Assembly (NCBI GenBank): GCA_950097015.1
Contig: CATNEN010000030.1
Coordinates: 1,116,001 to 1,180,000, forward strand
Reading direction: 5' to 3'
Length of the DNA stretch: 64,000 bases
From: Macrostomum hystrix
Lineage: Eukaryota; Animalia; Platyhelminthes
The notes beneath the pieces are model-generated. The model saw nothing but the letters and a program-made list of their open reading frames with translations, ran no database searches and was not told the DNA's origin. Below, piece by piece: positions 22,701 to 36,124 of this stretch; position 1 is the first letter of the stretch, and every line of letters begins with the position of its first letter. The position numbers and the translations under genes were made by a program.

Positions 22701-24968
22701 GCGTGGTAAAGTACCAGTAGAGACCCATGGATTTCCCGTGCGGCACAGCACGTACATACGAGCTAATAGCAGTTGAAAATATAATTTTTCTCATTGTTTG
22801 GTTTATAAAATGTTTATAAACGAAAAAAATGAGAACGGGGGTCGGTCTGACCCGACTGTCTCGACCTTGATTTGTAACTTCGATTCCCGCAAACTCCAAT
22901 AGAGGCTACAGATGTAGGTTCAGCGGCCTAATACTATCAAACTGCTCAGGTGCTTAATCTACAGAGAGGTCAATCACCCTTTTTGGTCTTCTTTAGACCA
23001 AAACAAAGGATTAGACATCGCAGAAGTGTCAATATAAGCCAAATTGCTCCCTTCGCTCATAGGCATTATCTCAAAGCTGATTGATTGATAGCTGGGAAAC
23101 TGATAATTACTAAGTATTGATATTGGGATAGCTTTTTGGGGCAGGGTCGAGATGAGCTGCTAGCCCGTGGGCTCTAGAGCGAAACACGTGAGGTCTTATC
23201 GCGTACCCAGAGGCGGTGGAATATTGCAGAATCCAAATTCCGAAAAAACACAACGCAATCCTTGGCAAAGCAGCCTACTGCTACCTTGTCCTGCTCGTAA
23301 TCCTCAACTCAATGGATTGTCGGTGACGTCGCTGTATTTTGGCTAACGACTCTTAGAACCCTTGTTAGCTTTCCGCCTTGTACAATCGTATTGCAAAGCA
23401 AATACGAGTTTTTGATTGGAAATCTTAAGTCGAATGGGCCGAGCCGTGCCAAGCAAATGGCACTTTCATGTCCAATTGATTGATCGACCTTTCCTCATCT
23501 TTCATTCGACTGAATTTGTGCCAAGCGGACAACGGACTAGGTTATAGTGCATGTGAGAAGCAGGAAGCCACTTTCTTTGGACTAAGTCATCGCTTCAGAA
23601 TTGTTTGTTTATTGCTAAAATCCAGAGCATTGTCTATATGAATTGTGTAATTATTAATTATTATTATTAAAACATGCCCGCTAACTATAGGTGCTGGTTT
23701 TTTTAATTGTTCTGACAATATTTTACTCGACAAAAGAAGAACATGAAAAAGCGAAGTTTTGTAAGAATTAACTATTGAGCTGGGAAGGGAAGAGAAAAGG
23801 TGTTAAAAATAAGAGCAGCAAAAGCACAAGAGACGCCTCGAATAAAAAAAAAATTTTAATAGCTTCAGGGCAGCTGTTCCCTAATTTTAGAGATTTCTAT
23901 GATGTACTTTGCTAAAGCATCAGTGGTTTCCCAATCGTCTTGTGCCATTATGTAGTTAGATTTCTCTTCTGCTGTTAAGGATGCGAAATAAGGAGATTTC
24001 CTAGAAATGTTCTTTTCAAAATAAGAACGTGTGGTGCTATACATATTCCAACTGTAAAAATATTCGCAGCTACCTGTCTCAACGGACCACTGGTTTTGGC
24101 CGCTAGCAAGCCGGAATACGTGGTAACAACAATCCTGGTGAGAAATACTTCAATTGCCAGTATTTGGCATATTGCTTCATGCTTCTATCTAAAAATAGAG
24201 AATAGAATAGTACCCTAGCCCAGTTGGGCCAGATGTACAGCAACGACCACTAGAAGTAGAAGGAAGGGAAACTACGTCTCTTATAGAAAAAGTTTGTTGT
24301 AAGTTATGTCAAAAGAAGAGCTTTGGATCTGCTTCTAATATGAAACAATCACCATCACCAAATATAAAAAAGTAGAATTTTCTTGCCGCGGTAGCGTATT
24401 TTTCGGCCAAAACCAGCCTACTAAACATTTTCTAAGAAGCGTAGTTTCTCGTCCTTCTACGAGACCATTTTGTCTTCCTTAAACTTTACTTCAGTACAAC
24501 TCAGTAGCTAAAACAGGTAGATGCACAAGCTTCAACTAAAATGTAGAGAATTTATTCTGCTTTCTCATGAAACAAACATTTTGAAAATACGAGCTATGTT
24601 GCACAATACGGAATAACTTAAGTTATTTGTGTTTTTGGTGCGTTAGAATTTCCTATCTGCCCAGTTTATTTTCGGGACAGCCAGTCAGCACATACTGGTC
24701 CGGAAAATGGGGGTTTAGCGGGGAGTTGTCCCTCCAGTTTCTAGATTCAGAGCTCCATGGCTCGATGAACTGAAGCACAGGAACTAAGTGTCGCGCTCAA
24801 AGATGCAAATAGTCTCCCTTTAGTTGAGATTCGAATTCCTGACCTCTTAGTTTGACTCCAACGCTTTAACTATTGGCTACAAGCTCTAAGTCATCTCTTA
24901 CTTATCTAGCGAGTCTGAGCCTAGATATGTCAGGAACTCGTAGTTCCCCTTCGATTTCTTTCCCACAG

Positions 24969-27318
24969 TCCGAAGCCTTCGCCACTCAGGACATCAACGG
25001 CCGCTGGGTCGGCTTCTTCCCAGACCTCATCACCGAGCTGTCGGACCGGCTAGGCTTCCGGCCGGACATCCGGCGAGTGCCAGACGGCCGGTACGGCGGC
25101 TTTGACAACGCCACCGGCCGCTGGGACGGCCTTATCGGCGAGGTGCACAGCCGGAGGGCTGACCTGGCTGCGGCTCCTCTTACTGTCACCGCCTACCGCG
25201 AGGAGGCTGTCGATTTCTCGCACGGGGTTCTGAACTTCGGCCTCGTGGTGGTGGCCCGACCGGCCAAGTGGGTCAACGTGGCTGTGCGCCGCGGACCAGC
25301 CTTCTTCCTGACGGTGTTCGACACCTGGGTCTGGCTGGCCTGTGGAGGCGTCTTGTTGCTAACCAGCCTGCTGCTGTACTGCAACTCTCGGTGCAACCCG
25401 CGCGAGCCGGAGGACCTTAACCTGTTTAGCGCCCTCTGCTCTGTCATTGGCACAGCCTGCTGTCATGGTGTGTGGGGCTCTTTTAAACATCATCGCAAAC
25501 AACGATGGGCAAACAACATCGGGAAAGAGTTAGAATCGGCTTCCAACTGACCAAATTGACCAATTTGAACAAAGGACTTTCTAAAAATGTTTTAATGCCA
25601 AATTAAGACAATGTATTCAATGAACCTCAGGTTATATAAAAAATATTACCTTTTTCTGTATGGCAAATCGTCTTCAGCCTTCCGAAATAGGGTTCATTAT
25701 GACATGATGAGTAGGGTATCACAATTAGAAACGCCGTCAGTGATACCATGGACTCATTATTAGCACGTGTACGATACGTGGACTTTTGACGTCAGTCACC
25801 CACAAACTCTGTCAGGTCCCACGAGTCGGCCGCGCTCTCTGGCCGGCCGCTGTCTGAGCACAGCCTGGTGGTTTTTCGCCGCAATCGCCGCAATCGCCTA
25901 CGCTGGCGGCTTCCTCTGCGCCCTAGTGGCCTCCGAGGGCTCCAGGTCGCGCCACATGTACGCCCCAATGATCAACATCCGGGATCGCTTCAGTGCCGAC
26001 CCCGACTACCTGAAAGACTTCACGCCGGCCTGGATCAAAGGCGGCAGCACCGATCATTTCTTTGCCACGGCAAAGGAGGGCCTGTTCCAGCAGTTCAACA
26101 GGAAGCACTTGGCCGCACTGCGCAAACGGCCTGAACTGCAGGTCTACTCAATGAAGGAACTCATCGGTCTGGTGCTGGCTGATACACAGGTACGTCGTCC
26201 AACTTACTTGTACATATGGCTAACAAACTAATGAGTAAATTCTGTAAATTTCAGAATCACAAGAGACAAAAATTACGGAAGCAAGCATTGATCTTAATTA
26301 AGTATATCGGTAGAAGATGCAGAACTATATAATTTATTTCTCGCAAATTAACAAACATCGGCAGGTACTGGCCGTGATGGAGGCACCAATGGCGGATTTC
26401 TTCGTGAAGAAGACCGACTGCGAGGTCATCGTGCTGGGTGACCTCACCAACGACAAGAGCTACGGCCTGGCGTTCGCGCAGAACTCCAGCCTGCTGGGCA
26501 GATTCAACCTGGAGCTGCTCCGAATGCGAGAGGAGGGCCGCGTGCTGGACATCTACAGGCGTTACTTCGGCTCACCTGGCAGCCTCTGCGGCACCAAGCT
26601 GGAGGCCTCGGCGCGCAGCCAGATCTCCGAGGTAGGTGACGTTCTGGCTAGGATGTTCCGCGGCAGCATCCCACTGACTTTGAAGAGCTTCTTCGGTCCC
26701 ATCGGTCTATACTTCGCCGGAGTCGGGCTGGGACTGCTGGCCTTCCTTGCTGACCTCGTCATTCACCACGGCTATGAAAAGACGCAGGTATGTTGCAGCA
26801 GAGGCACAAAAAAATTATATAATTTTTCAGCAAGGCTGTGGGCTATGGCACATCATTTTGTGAGTCTGGAAATTTGGAAGGAGCAGAAAGCCAATTATGC
26901 CCATTCCTCAAATCTTGAACACCCACGCACACAGATACAGTTCACAGTCACACACTCACAGGCAGGTACATCTGCCCTGATTTTCTGATTGTCAGGCATT
27001 GTAAACTTCCACTGGGGCTTTGACCCTCAAGGGCGTAAATCGCACAATGGCTTCGGTGCGGTATCGAGCTCAAGGACCTTGGTGCGAGAGGCAAACGCGT
27101 TTACCCCTTTAGCAGAGCTCGTATTAAATACTATTTTTTTCTTTATTGGGGACTTCACCTCGCCGAAGTCCGTTATCGCGTTTCGTTCCTTCTTCTAGGA
27201 AAAAATATATCGACCTTTTATGTTTCAGTCGAGCTCCAGTCAGCAGCCGAAGCAGCAGCCTCCGGAGGGCGCGTCTGGCGTCGCCCTGACAACGGCTGTA
27301 CCGCTAACCGAGGAGTGA
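24969..27318 (+). CDS. Divergent ionotropic glutamate receptor / IR-like channel, gene A; exons 24969-25467, 25816-26189, 26365-26787, 27229-27318; 5' exon(s) not identified
   Basis: S1 (GFFPDLITEL...WDGLIGEV...ADLAAAPLTVTAYREEAVDFS), M1, pore loop GTACCHG, M3, S2 (GGST, VMEAP, YGLAF), M4; all GT-AG junctions are frame-consistent; ends ...PLTEE*. Confidence 0.88.
27010..27110 (-). mobile_element. SINE family A, 5' head fragment in the last intron of iGluR gene A
   Basis: Reverse complement AACGCGTTTGCCTCTCGCACCAAGGTCCTTGAGCTCGATACC matches the family head. Confidence 0.6.
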
Positions 27319-27873
27319 AACAATATTAATCATGAGTCCTAATTGATTTTTGTGATTTATTGATTACTCATCTGGACGTTTTAGTCTACAACTAATTAAG
27401 AAAAAAATTGGGTTCGGGACAAGGATGCCTTGCACTGCTCTGGTTCAAAGAATGTAGCAAAAGCTTGCCTTCTATGTCCCTAAAGTTAGATTTTTAATGC
27501 TGGAAAATGTAGCTCAGCGATAATCAAAGCATCGATTTCATTGTAGGAATAACCGATTCATATATATTTTGCACCTATTTTAGCTCACAAGAGCAATGAA
27601 AAGTGCACTCAATGTCTTTAGGACTTTGATTCAAATGTTAAAAGCGTTCATTACACAGTTAGTCTATCGACACAATTACGCTCGTAAGATTGAATATGTT
27701 TTATACAAAACCGCACAATGAGCACATGCTTAATCAAATTTTTTATTTCAAATAAAAGTAAATAACTGCCTGGTACACTTTGGACACGATTAACTATATA
27801 GCCTTTTTCATTGTCTTAATGTATTAATGTCTAGATGTATAAGACAAAATTATTTTGTCTTCAAAATCAGTGC

Positions 27874-28039
27874 ATCAGAGCTCAGGTATTCGTATCAGAG
27901 CTCAGGTGTTCACATCAGAACTCAGGTATTCGAATCAGAGCTCAGGTATTCGAATCAGAGCTCAGGTATTCGTATCAGAGCTCAGGAATTTGAATCAGAG
28001 CTCAGGTATTTGTATCAGAGCTCAGGCATTCGTATCAGA
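27874..28039. repeat. 20-bp tandem repeat (ATCAGAGCTCAGGTATTCGT), ~8 copies
   Basis: Read directly from the sequence. Confidence 0.9.
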
Positions 28040-28602
28040 TAAAAACATATTCTATTGCAGACACTGATGGACAATTAAATTTCGTTAGGAGTCAGGAAAA
28101 CTAAACGATGGTTTACATTTTCAGACGGATTATTCTTTCGTTGAAAAAGAAGTAAAGGTAGAAACGTTTCCTGTAGCAGCTGGCCTACGATCCGGCACAG
28201 CGGGGTGCTGTTCTATTTCCTATTTGCTAAGTGCCAGAAGCTATTTGCAATTTGAACAGCAGCCAGTGTAACTAGCAGATCGGCGAAAGAAGAGCACCAT
28301 TTAGAAAAGAAGCAAATATAGTACACAGCAGAGACACAGGCCAGCGATATTTAAGTAAAGACACTGGCATCAGCAAAATAATTCTGTAGGCTCAAAATAG
28401 TTTGATTTTGCTGATTGAGTGCAGTAAGTTACTGGATCGGTAGCAATCGTTGCAGAATCTGCAAGCACAGCAAATAATAGTTGACAATCAACAGGTGCAA
28501 AAGCTAACACCTGCGAAAAAGCATGCAAAACTTTCTAATAAATTCAACGCAGATTCAAGTCGTTCTATAAGTCAGTACAAGTCACATCTGACAAGCTCAA
28601 GC

Positions 28603-31600
28603 ATGAGACTCATTCTGCTGGCTGCATGCACAGCGGTTCTCTGCACCCTTGTGGTAAGGCCTCAACTAGTTTTCCTCAATCTGAGATATAGGGGCACACG
28701 AGACGAATTCTATGCCCATCCTTGTCTCGATGTACCAAAAATAAACAACCATATTTGAATTTCAGCTATCAGCTCCGCCTCCAAATGCTGCAAGCAAGAT
28801 AAAGAAGCCTGCCGCCCAAGCTGCTACCAAGCCCGCTGCGCCCGCAGCGGCAGCGCACAAGCCTGCGAAGGCAGCAGAGCCCTGCAGGAGACCCGCAAGA
28901 AAAGAAAGCCGGGGACGACGCGACGAGAGACGAAGTCGTCACGACTCTCAAAGGCAAAACAGGCGCCACGGCAGACGATCCGACAGACGAGCCCGAAGAA
29001 GGCGCGATGTGAGACAGAGAAGCAACCGTCGTCGTGCTAGACGCAACCGCAGACGCTCCAACAGACGCTCAGCCAGACGTAACCGCAGACGCTCTGCCAG
29101 ACGCAACCGCAAGAGCCGCGATGTGAGAAAGAGAAGCAACCGTCGTCGTGCTAGACGCCACCGCAGACGCTCCAACAGACGCTCTGCCAGACGTAACCGC
29201 AGACGCTCTGCCAGACGCAACCGCAAGAGCCGCGATGTGAGAAGGAGAAGCAACCGTCGTCGTGCTAGACGCAACCGCAGACGCTCCAACAGACGCAACC
29301 GCAAGAGCCGCGATGTGAGAAAGAGAAGCAACCGTCGTCGTGCTAGACGCAACCGCAAGAGCCGCGATGTGAGAAAGCGAAGCAACCGTCGTCGTGCTAG
29401 ACGCAACCGCAGACGCTCCAACAGACGCTCTGCCAGACGTAACCGCAGACGCTCTGCCAGACGCAACCGCAAGAGCCGCGATGTGAGAAAGAGAAGCAAC
29501 CGTCGTCGTGCTAGACGCAACCGCAGACGCTCCAACAGACGCAACCGCAAGAGCCGCGATGTGAGAAAGAGAAGCAACCGTCGTCGTGCTAGACGCAACC
29601 GCAAGAGCCGCGATGTGAGAAAGAGAAGCAACCGTCGTCGTGCTAGACGCAACCGCAGACGCTCCAACAGACGCTCTGCCAGACGCAACCGCAAGAGCCG
29701 CGATGTGAGAAAGAGAAGCAACCGTCGTCGTGCTAGACGCAACCGCAGACGCTCTGCCAGACGCAACCGCAAGAGCCGCGATGTGAGAAGGAGAAGCAAC
29801 CGTCGTCGTGCTAGACGCAACCGCAGACGCTCCAACAGACGCAACCGCAAGAGCCGCGATGTGAGAAAGAGAAGCAACCGTCGTCGTGCTAGACGCAACC
29901 GCAAGAGCCGCGATGTGAGAAAGAGAAGCAACCGTCGTCGTGCTAGACGCAACCGCAGACGCTCCAACAGACGCTCTGCCAGACGTAACCGCAGACGCTC
30001 TGCCAGACGCAACCGCAAGAGCCGCGATGTGAGAAAGAGAAGCAACCGTCGTCGTGCTAGACGCAACCGCAGACGCTCCAACAGACGCAACCGCAAGAGC
30101 CGCGATGTGAGAAAGAGAAGCAACCGTCGTCGTGCTAGACGCAACCGCAAGAGCCGCGATGTGAGAAAGCGAAGCAACCGTCGTCGTGCTAGACGCAACC
30201 GCAGACGCTCCAACAGACGCTCTGCCAGACGCAACCGCAAGAGCCGCGATGTGAGAAAGAGAAGCAACCGTCGTCGTGCTAGACGCAACCGCAGACGCTC
30301 CAACAGACGCAACCGCAAGAGCCGCGATGTGAGAAAGAGAAGCAACCGTCGTCGTGCTAGACGCAACCGCAAGAGCCGCGATGTGAGAAAGCGAAGCAAC
30401 CGTCGTCGTGCTAGACGCAACCGCAGACGCTCCAACAGACGCTCTGCCAGACGTAACCGCAGACGCTCTGCCAGACGCAACCGCAAGAGCCGCGATGTGA
30501 GAAAGAGAAGCAACCGTCGTCGTGCTAGACGCAACCGCAGACGCTCCAACAGACGCAACCGCAAGAGCCGCGATGTGAGAAAGCGAAGCAACCGTCGTCG
30601 TGCTAGACGCAACCGCAAGAGCCGCGATGTGAGAAAGCGAAGCAACCGTCGTCGTGCTAGACGCAACCGCAGACGCTCCAACAGACGCTCTGCCAGACGC
30701 AACCGCAAGAGCCGCGATGTGAGAAAGAGAAGCAACCGTCGTCGTGCTAGACGCAACCGCAGACGCTCCAACAGACGCAACCGCAAGAGCCGCGATGTGA
30801 GAAAGAGAAGCAACCGTCGTCGTGCTAGACGCAAACCGCAGACGCTCCAACAGACGCAACCGCAAGAGCCGCGATGTGAGAAAGAGAAGCAACCGTCGTC
30901 GTGCTAGACGCAACCGCAAGAGCCGCGATGTGAGAAAGCGAAGCAACCGTCGTCGTGCTAGACGCAACCGCAGACGCTCCAACAGACGCTCTGCCAGACG
31001 CAACCGCAAGAGCCGCGATGTGAGAAAGCGAAGCAACCGTCGTCGTGCTAGACGCAACCGCAGACGCTCCAACAGACGCTCTGCCAGACGTAACCGCAGA
31101 CGCTCTGCCAGACGCAACCGCAAGAGCCGCGATGTGAGAAAGAGAAGCAACCGTCGTCGTGCTAGACGCAACCGCAGACGCTCCAACAGACGCAACCGCA
31201 AGAGCCGCGATGTGAGAAAGAGAAGCAACCGTCGTCGTGCTAGACGCAACCGCAAGAGCCGCGATGTGAGAAAGCGAAGCAAACCGTCGTCGTGCTAGAC
31301 GCAACCGCAGACGCTCCAACAGACGCTCTGCCAGACGCAAACGCAAGAGCCGCGATGTGAGAAAGAGAAGCAACCGTCGTCGTGCTAGACGCAACCGCAG
31401 ACGCTCCAACAGACGCAACCGCAAGAGCCGCGATGTGAGAAAGAGAAGCAACCGTCGTCGTGCTAGACGCAACCGCAGACGCTCCAACAGACGCAACCGC
31501 AAGAGCCGCGATGTGAGAAAGAGAAGCAACCGTCGTCGTGCTAGACGCAACCGCAGACGCTCCAACAGACGCAACCGCAAGAGCCGCGATGTGAGAAAGA

Positions 31601-34600
31601 GAAGCAACCGTCGTCGTGCTAGACGCAACCGCAGACGCTCCAACAGACGCTCTGCCAGACGCAACCGCAAGAGCCGCGATGTGAGAAAGAGAAGCAACCG
31701 TCGTCGTGCTAGACGCAACCGCAGACGCTCCAACAGACGCAACCGCAAGAGCCGCGATGTGAGAAAGAGAAGCAACCGTCGTCGTGCTAGACGCAACCGC
31801 AGACGCTCCAACAGACGCTCTGCCAGACGCAACCGCAAGAGCCGCGATGTGAGAAAGAGAAGCAACCGTCGTCGTGCTAGACGCAACCGCAGACGCTCCA
31901 ACAGACGCAACCGCAAGAGCCGCGATGTGAGAAAGCGAAGCAACCGTCGTCGTGCTAGACGCAACCGCAGACGCTCCAACAGACGCTCTGCCAGACGCAA
32001 CCGCAAGAGCCGCGATGTGAGAAAGAGAAGCAACCGTCGTCGTGCTAGACGCAACCGCAGACGCTCCAACAGACGAAACCGCAAGAGCCGCGATGTGAGA
32101 AAGAGAAGCAACCGTCGTCGTGCTAGACGCAACCGCAGACGCTCCAACAGACGCAACCGCAAGAGCCGCAATGTGAGAAAGAGAAGCAACCGTCGTCGTG
32201 CTAGACGCAACCGCAGACGCTCCAACAAGACGCTCTGCCAGACGCAACCGCAAGAGCCGCGATGTGAGAAAGAGAAGCAACCGTCGTCGTGCTAGACGCA
32301 ACCGCAGACGCTCCAACAGACGCTCTGCCAGACGTAACCGCAGACGCTCTGCCAGACGCAACCGCAAGAGCCGCGATGTGAGAAAGAGAAGCAACCGTCG
32401 TCGTGCTAGACGCAACCGCAGACGCTCCAACAGACGCAACCGCAAGAGCCGCGATGTGAGAAAGAGAAGCAACCGTCGTCGTGCTAGACGCAACCGCAAG
32501 AGCCGCGATGTGAGAAAGCGAAGCAACCGTCGTCGTGCTAGACGCAACCGCAGACGCTCCAACAGACGCTCTGCCAGACGTAACCGCAGACGCTCTGCCA
32601 GACGCAACCGCAAGAGCCGCGATGTGAGAAAGAGAAGCAACCGTCGTCGTGCTAGACGCAACCGCAGACGCTCCAACAGACGCAACCGCAAGAGCCGCGA
32701 TGTGAGAAAGAGAAGCAACCGTCGTCGTGCTAGACGCAACCGCAAGAGCCGCGATGTGAGAAAGCGAAGCAACCGTCGTCGTGCTAGACGCAACCGCAAG
32801 ACGCTCCAACAGACGCTCTGCCAGACGCAACCGCAAGAGCCGCGATGTGAGAAAGAGAAGCAACCGTCGTCGTGCTAGACGCAACCGCAGACGCTCCAAC
32901 AGACGCAACCGCAAGAGCCGCGATGTGAGAAGAGAAGCAACCGTCGTCGTGCTAGACGCAACCGCAGACGCTCCAACAGACGCAACCGCAAGAGCCGCGA
33001 TGTGAGAAAGAGAAGCAACCGTCGTCGTGCTAGACGCAACCGCAGACGCTCCAACAGACGCAACCGCAAGAGCCGCGATTGTGAGAAAGAGAAGCAACCG
33101 TCGTCGTGCTAGACGCAACCGCAGACGCTCCAACAGACGCAACCGCAAGAGCCGCGATGTGAGAAAGAGAAGCAACCGTCGTCGTGCTAGACGCAACCGC
33201 AGACGCTCCAAACAGACGCAACCGCAAGAGCCGCATGTGAGAAAGAGAAGCAACCGTCGTCCGTGCTAGACGCAACCGCAGACGCTCCAACAGACCGCAA
33301 CCGCAAGAGCCGCGATGTGAGAAAGAGAAGCAACCGTCGTCGTGCTAGACGCAACCGCAGACGCTCCAACAGACGCAACCGCAAGAGCCGCGATGTGAGA
33401 AAGAGAAGCAACCGTCGTCGTGCTAGACGCAACCGCAAGAGCCGCGATGTGAGAAAGCGAAGGCAACCGTCGTCGTGCTAGACGCAACCGCAGACGCTCC
33501 AACAGACGCTCTGCCAGACGCAACCGCAAGAGCCGCGATGTGAGAAAGAGAAGCAACCGTCGTCGTGCTAGACGCAACCGCAGACGCTCCAACAGACGCT
33601 CTGCCAGACGTAACCGCAGACGCTCTGCCAGACGCAACCGCAAGAGCCGCGATGTGAGAAAGAGAAGCAACCGTCGTCGTGCTAGACGCAACCGCAGACG
33701 CTCCAACAGACGCAACCGCAAGAGCCGCGATGTGAGAAAGAGAAGCAACCGTCGTCGTGCTAGACGCAACCGCAAGAGCCGCGATGTGAGAAAGCGAAGC
33801 AACCGTCGTCGTGCTAGACGCAACCGCAGACGCTCCAACAGACGCTCTGCCAGACGCAAACGCAAGAGCCGCGATGTGAGAAAGAGGAAGCAACCGTCGT
33901 CGTGCTAGACGCAACCGCAGACGCTCCAACAGACGCAACCGCAAGAGCCGCGATGTGAGAAAGAGAAGCAACCGTCGTCGTGCTAGACGCAACCGCAGAC
34001 GCTCCAACAGACGCAACCGCAAGAGCCGCGATGTGAGAAAGAGAAGCAACCGTCGTCGTGCTAGACGCAACCGCAAGAGCCGCGATGTGAGAAAGCGAAG
34101 CAACCGTCGTCGTGCTAGACGCAACCGCAGACGCTCCAACAGACGCTCTGCCAGACGTAACCGCAGACGCTCTGCCAGACGCAACCGCAAGAGCCGCGAT
34201 GTGAGAAAGAGAAGCAACCGTCGTCGTGCTAGACGCAACCGCAGACGCTCCAACAGACGCAACCGCAAGAGCCGCGATGTGAGAAAGAGAAGCAACCGTC
34301 GTCGTGCTAGACGCAACCGCAAGAGCCGCGATGTGAGAAAGCGAAGCAACCGTCGTCGTGCTAGACGCAACCGCAGACGCTCCAACAGACGCTCTGCCAG
34401 ACGCAACCGCAAGAGCCGCGATGTGAGAAAGAGAAGCAACCGTCGTCGTGCTAGACGCAACCGCAGACGCTCCAACAGACGCAACCGCAAGAGCCGCGAT
34501 GTGAGAAAGAGAAGCAACCGTCGTCGTGCTAGACGCAACCGCAGACGCTCAACAGACGCAACCGCAAGAGCCGCGATGTGAGAAAGAGAGCAACGTCGTC

Positions 34601-36124
34601 GTGCTAGACGCAACCGCAGACGCTCCAACAGACGCAACCGCAAGAGCCGCGATGTGAGAAGAGAAGCAACCGTCGTCGTGCTAGACGCAACCGCAGACGC
34701 TCCAACAGACGCAACCGCAAGAGCCGCGATGTGAGAAAGAGAAGCAACCGTCGTCGTGCTAGACGCAACCGCAGACGCTCCAACAGACGCTCTGCCAGAC
34801 GCAACCGCAAGAGCCGCGATGTGAGAAAGAGAAGCAACCGTCGTCGTGCTAGACGCAACCGCAGACGCTCCAACAGACGCAACCGCAAGAGCCGCGATGT
34901 GAGAAAGAGAAGCAACCGTCGTCGTGCTAGACGCAACCGCAGACGCTCCAACAGACGCTCTGCCAGACGCAACCGCAAGAGCCGCGATGTGAGAAAGAGA
35001 AGCAACCGTCGTCGTGCTAGACGCAACCGCAGACGCTCCAACAGACGCAACCGCAAGAGCCGCGATGTGAGAAAGAGAAGCAACCGTCGTCGTGCTAGAC
35101 GCAACCGCAGACGCTCCAACAGACGCTCTGCCAGACGCAACCGCAAGAGCCGCGATGTGAGAAGAGAAGCAACCGTCGTCGTGCTAGACGCAACCGCAGA
35201 CGCTCCAACAGACGCAACCGCAAGAGCCGCGATGTGAGAAAGCGAAGCAACCGTCGTCGTGCTAGACGCAACCGCAGACGCTCCAACAGACGCTCTGCCA
35301 GACGCAACCGCAAGAGCCGCGATGTGAGAAAGAGAAGCAACCGTCGTCGTGCTAGACGCAACCGCAGACGCTCCAACAGACGAAACCGCAAGAGCCGCGA
35401 TGTGAGAAAGAGAAGCAACCGTCGTCGTGCTAGACGCAACCGCAGACGCTCCAACAGACGCAACCGCAAGAGCCGCAATGTGAGAAAGAGAAGCAACCGT
35501 CGTCGTGCTAGACGCAACCGCAGACGCTCCAACAGACGCTCTGCCAGACGCAACCGCAAGAGCCGCGATGTGAGAAAGAGAAGCAACCGTCGTCGTGCTA
35601 GACGCAACCGCAGACGCTCCAACAGACGCTCAGCCAGACGTGTCCGCATAGGCACTGTCAGACGCAACCGCAAGAGCCGCGATGTGAGAAGGAGAAGCAA
35701 CCGTCGTCGTGCTAGACGCAACCGAAGACGCTCCAACAGACGCTCAACCAGACGTGTCCGCATAGGCACTGTCAGACGCAACCGCAAGAGCCGCGATGTG
35801 AGAAGGAGAAGCAACCGTCGTCGTGCTAGACGCAACCGCAGACGCTACAACAGACGCACAGCCAGACGTGTCCGCATAGGCACTGTCAGACGCAACCGCA
35901 AGAGCCGCGATGTGAGAAAGAGAAGCAACCATCGTCGTGCTAGACGCAACCGCAGACGCTCCAACAGACGCTCAGCCAGACGTGTCCGCATAGGCACTGT
36001 CAGACGCAACCGCAAGAGCCGCGATGTGAGAAGGAGAAGCAACCGTCGTCGTGCTAGACGCAACCGCAGACGCTCCAACAGACGCTCAGCCAGACGTCAC
36101 CGCAGACGCTCGGCCATGCCCTAA
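28603..36124 (+). CDS. Giant secreted arginine-rich repeat protein (~2,470 aa if the single-base indels are sequence errors); exon 1 28603-28653, exon 2 28766-36124
   Basis: ATG 28603 MRLILLAACTAVLCTLV|GTAAGG, spliced to TTTCAG|28766, is in frame with LSAPPPNAASKIKKPAAQ... and then with the RKSRDVRKRSNRRRARRN / RRRSNRRN / RRRSARRN repeats. The other two plus frames hit a stop in each long module. Variants between repeats are synonymous or conservative in this frame. Roughly 15-20 scattered 1-bp indels break the frame in 30800-35200; ends RRSAMP* at 36124. Confidence 0.8.

Noticed and set aside
24255-24465. Imperfect inverted repeat (~24255-24300 vs ~24420-24465), and a short dispersed repeat at ~6450-6510 and ~53080-53140
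   Set aside because: Probably old MITE remnants; too degenerate to define boundaries or a TSD
28900-29120. Alternative acidic plus frame (AGDDATRDEVVTTLKGK...EATVVVLDATADAPTD)
   Set aside because: It looks protein-like but has TGA in every long module and is not the frame entered from the 28766 acceptor
28948-36078. Long minus-strand ORFs (LRLRLARRRLLLF... and ASSTTTVASLSHIA...) over the Arg-rich array
   Set aside because: They are antisense shadows of a repeat with few stops; they have no start context or signal peptide, whereas the plus frame links in phase to a spliced signal-peptide exon and its repeat variants are silent or conservative
28603-36124. Identification as a known flatworm adhesion protein (Mlig-ap1 type)
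   Set aside because: That protein is described with lectin, vWD and EGF-type domains and different K/R motifs; none of those domains is visible here, so only an analogy is claimed
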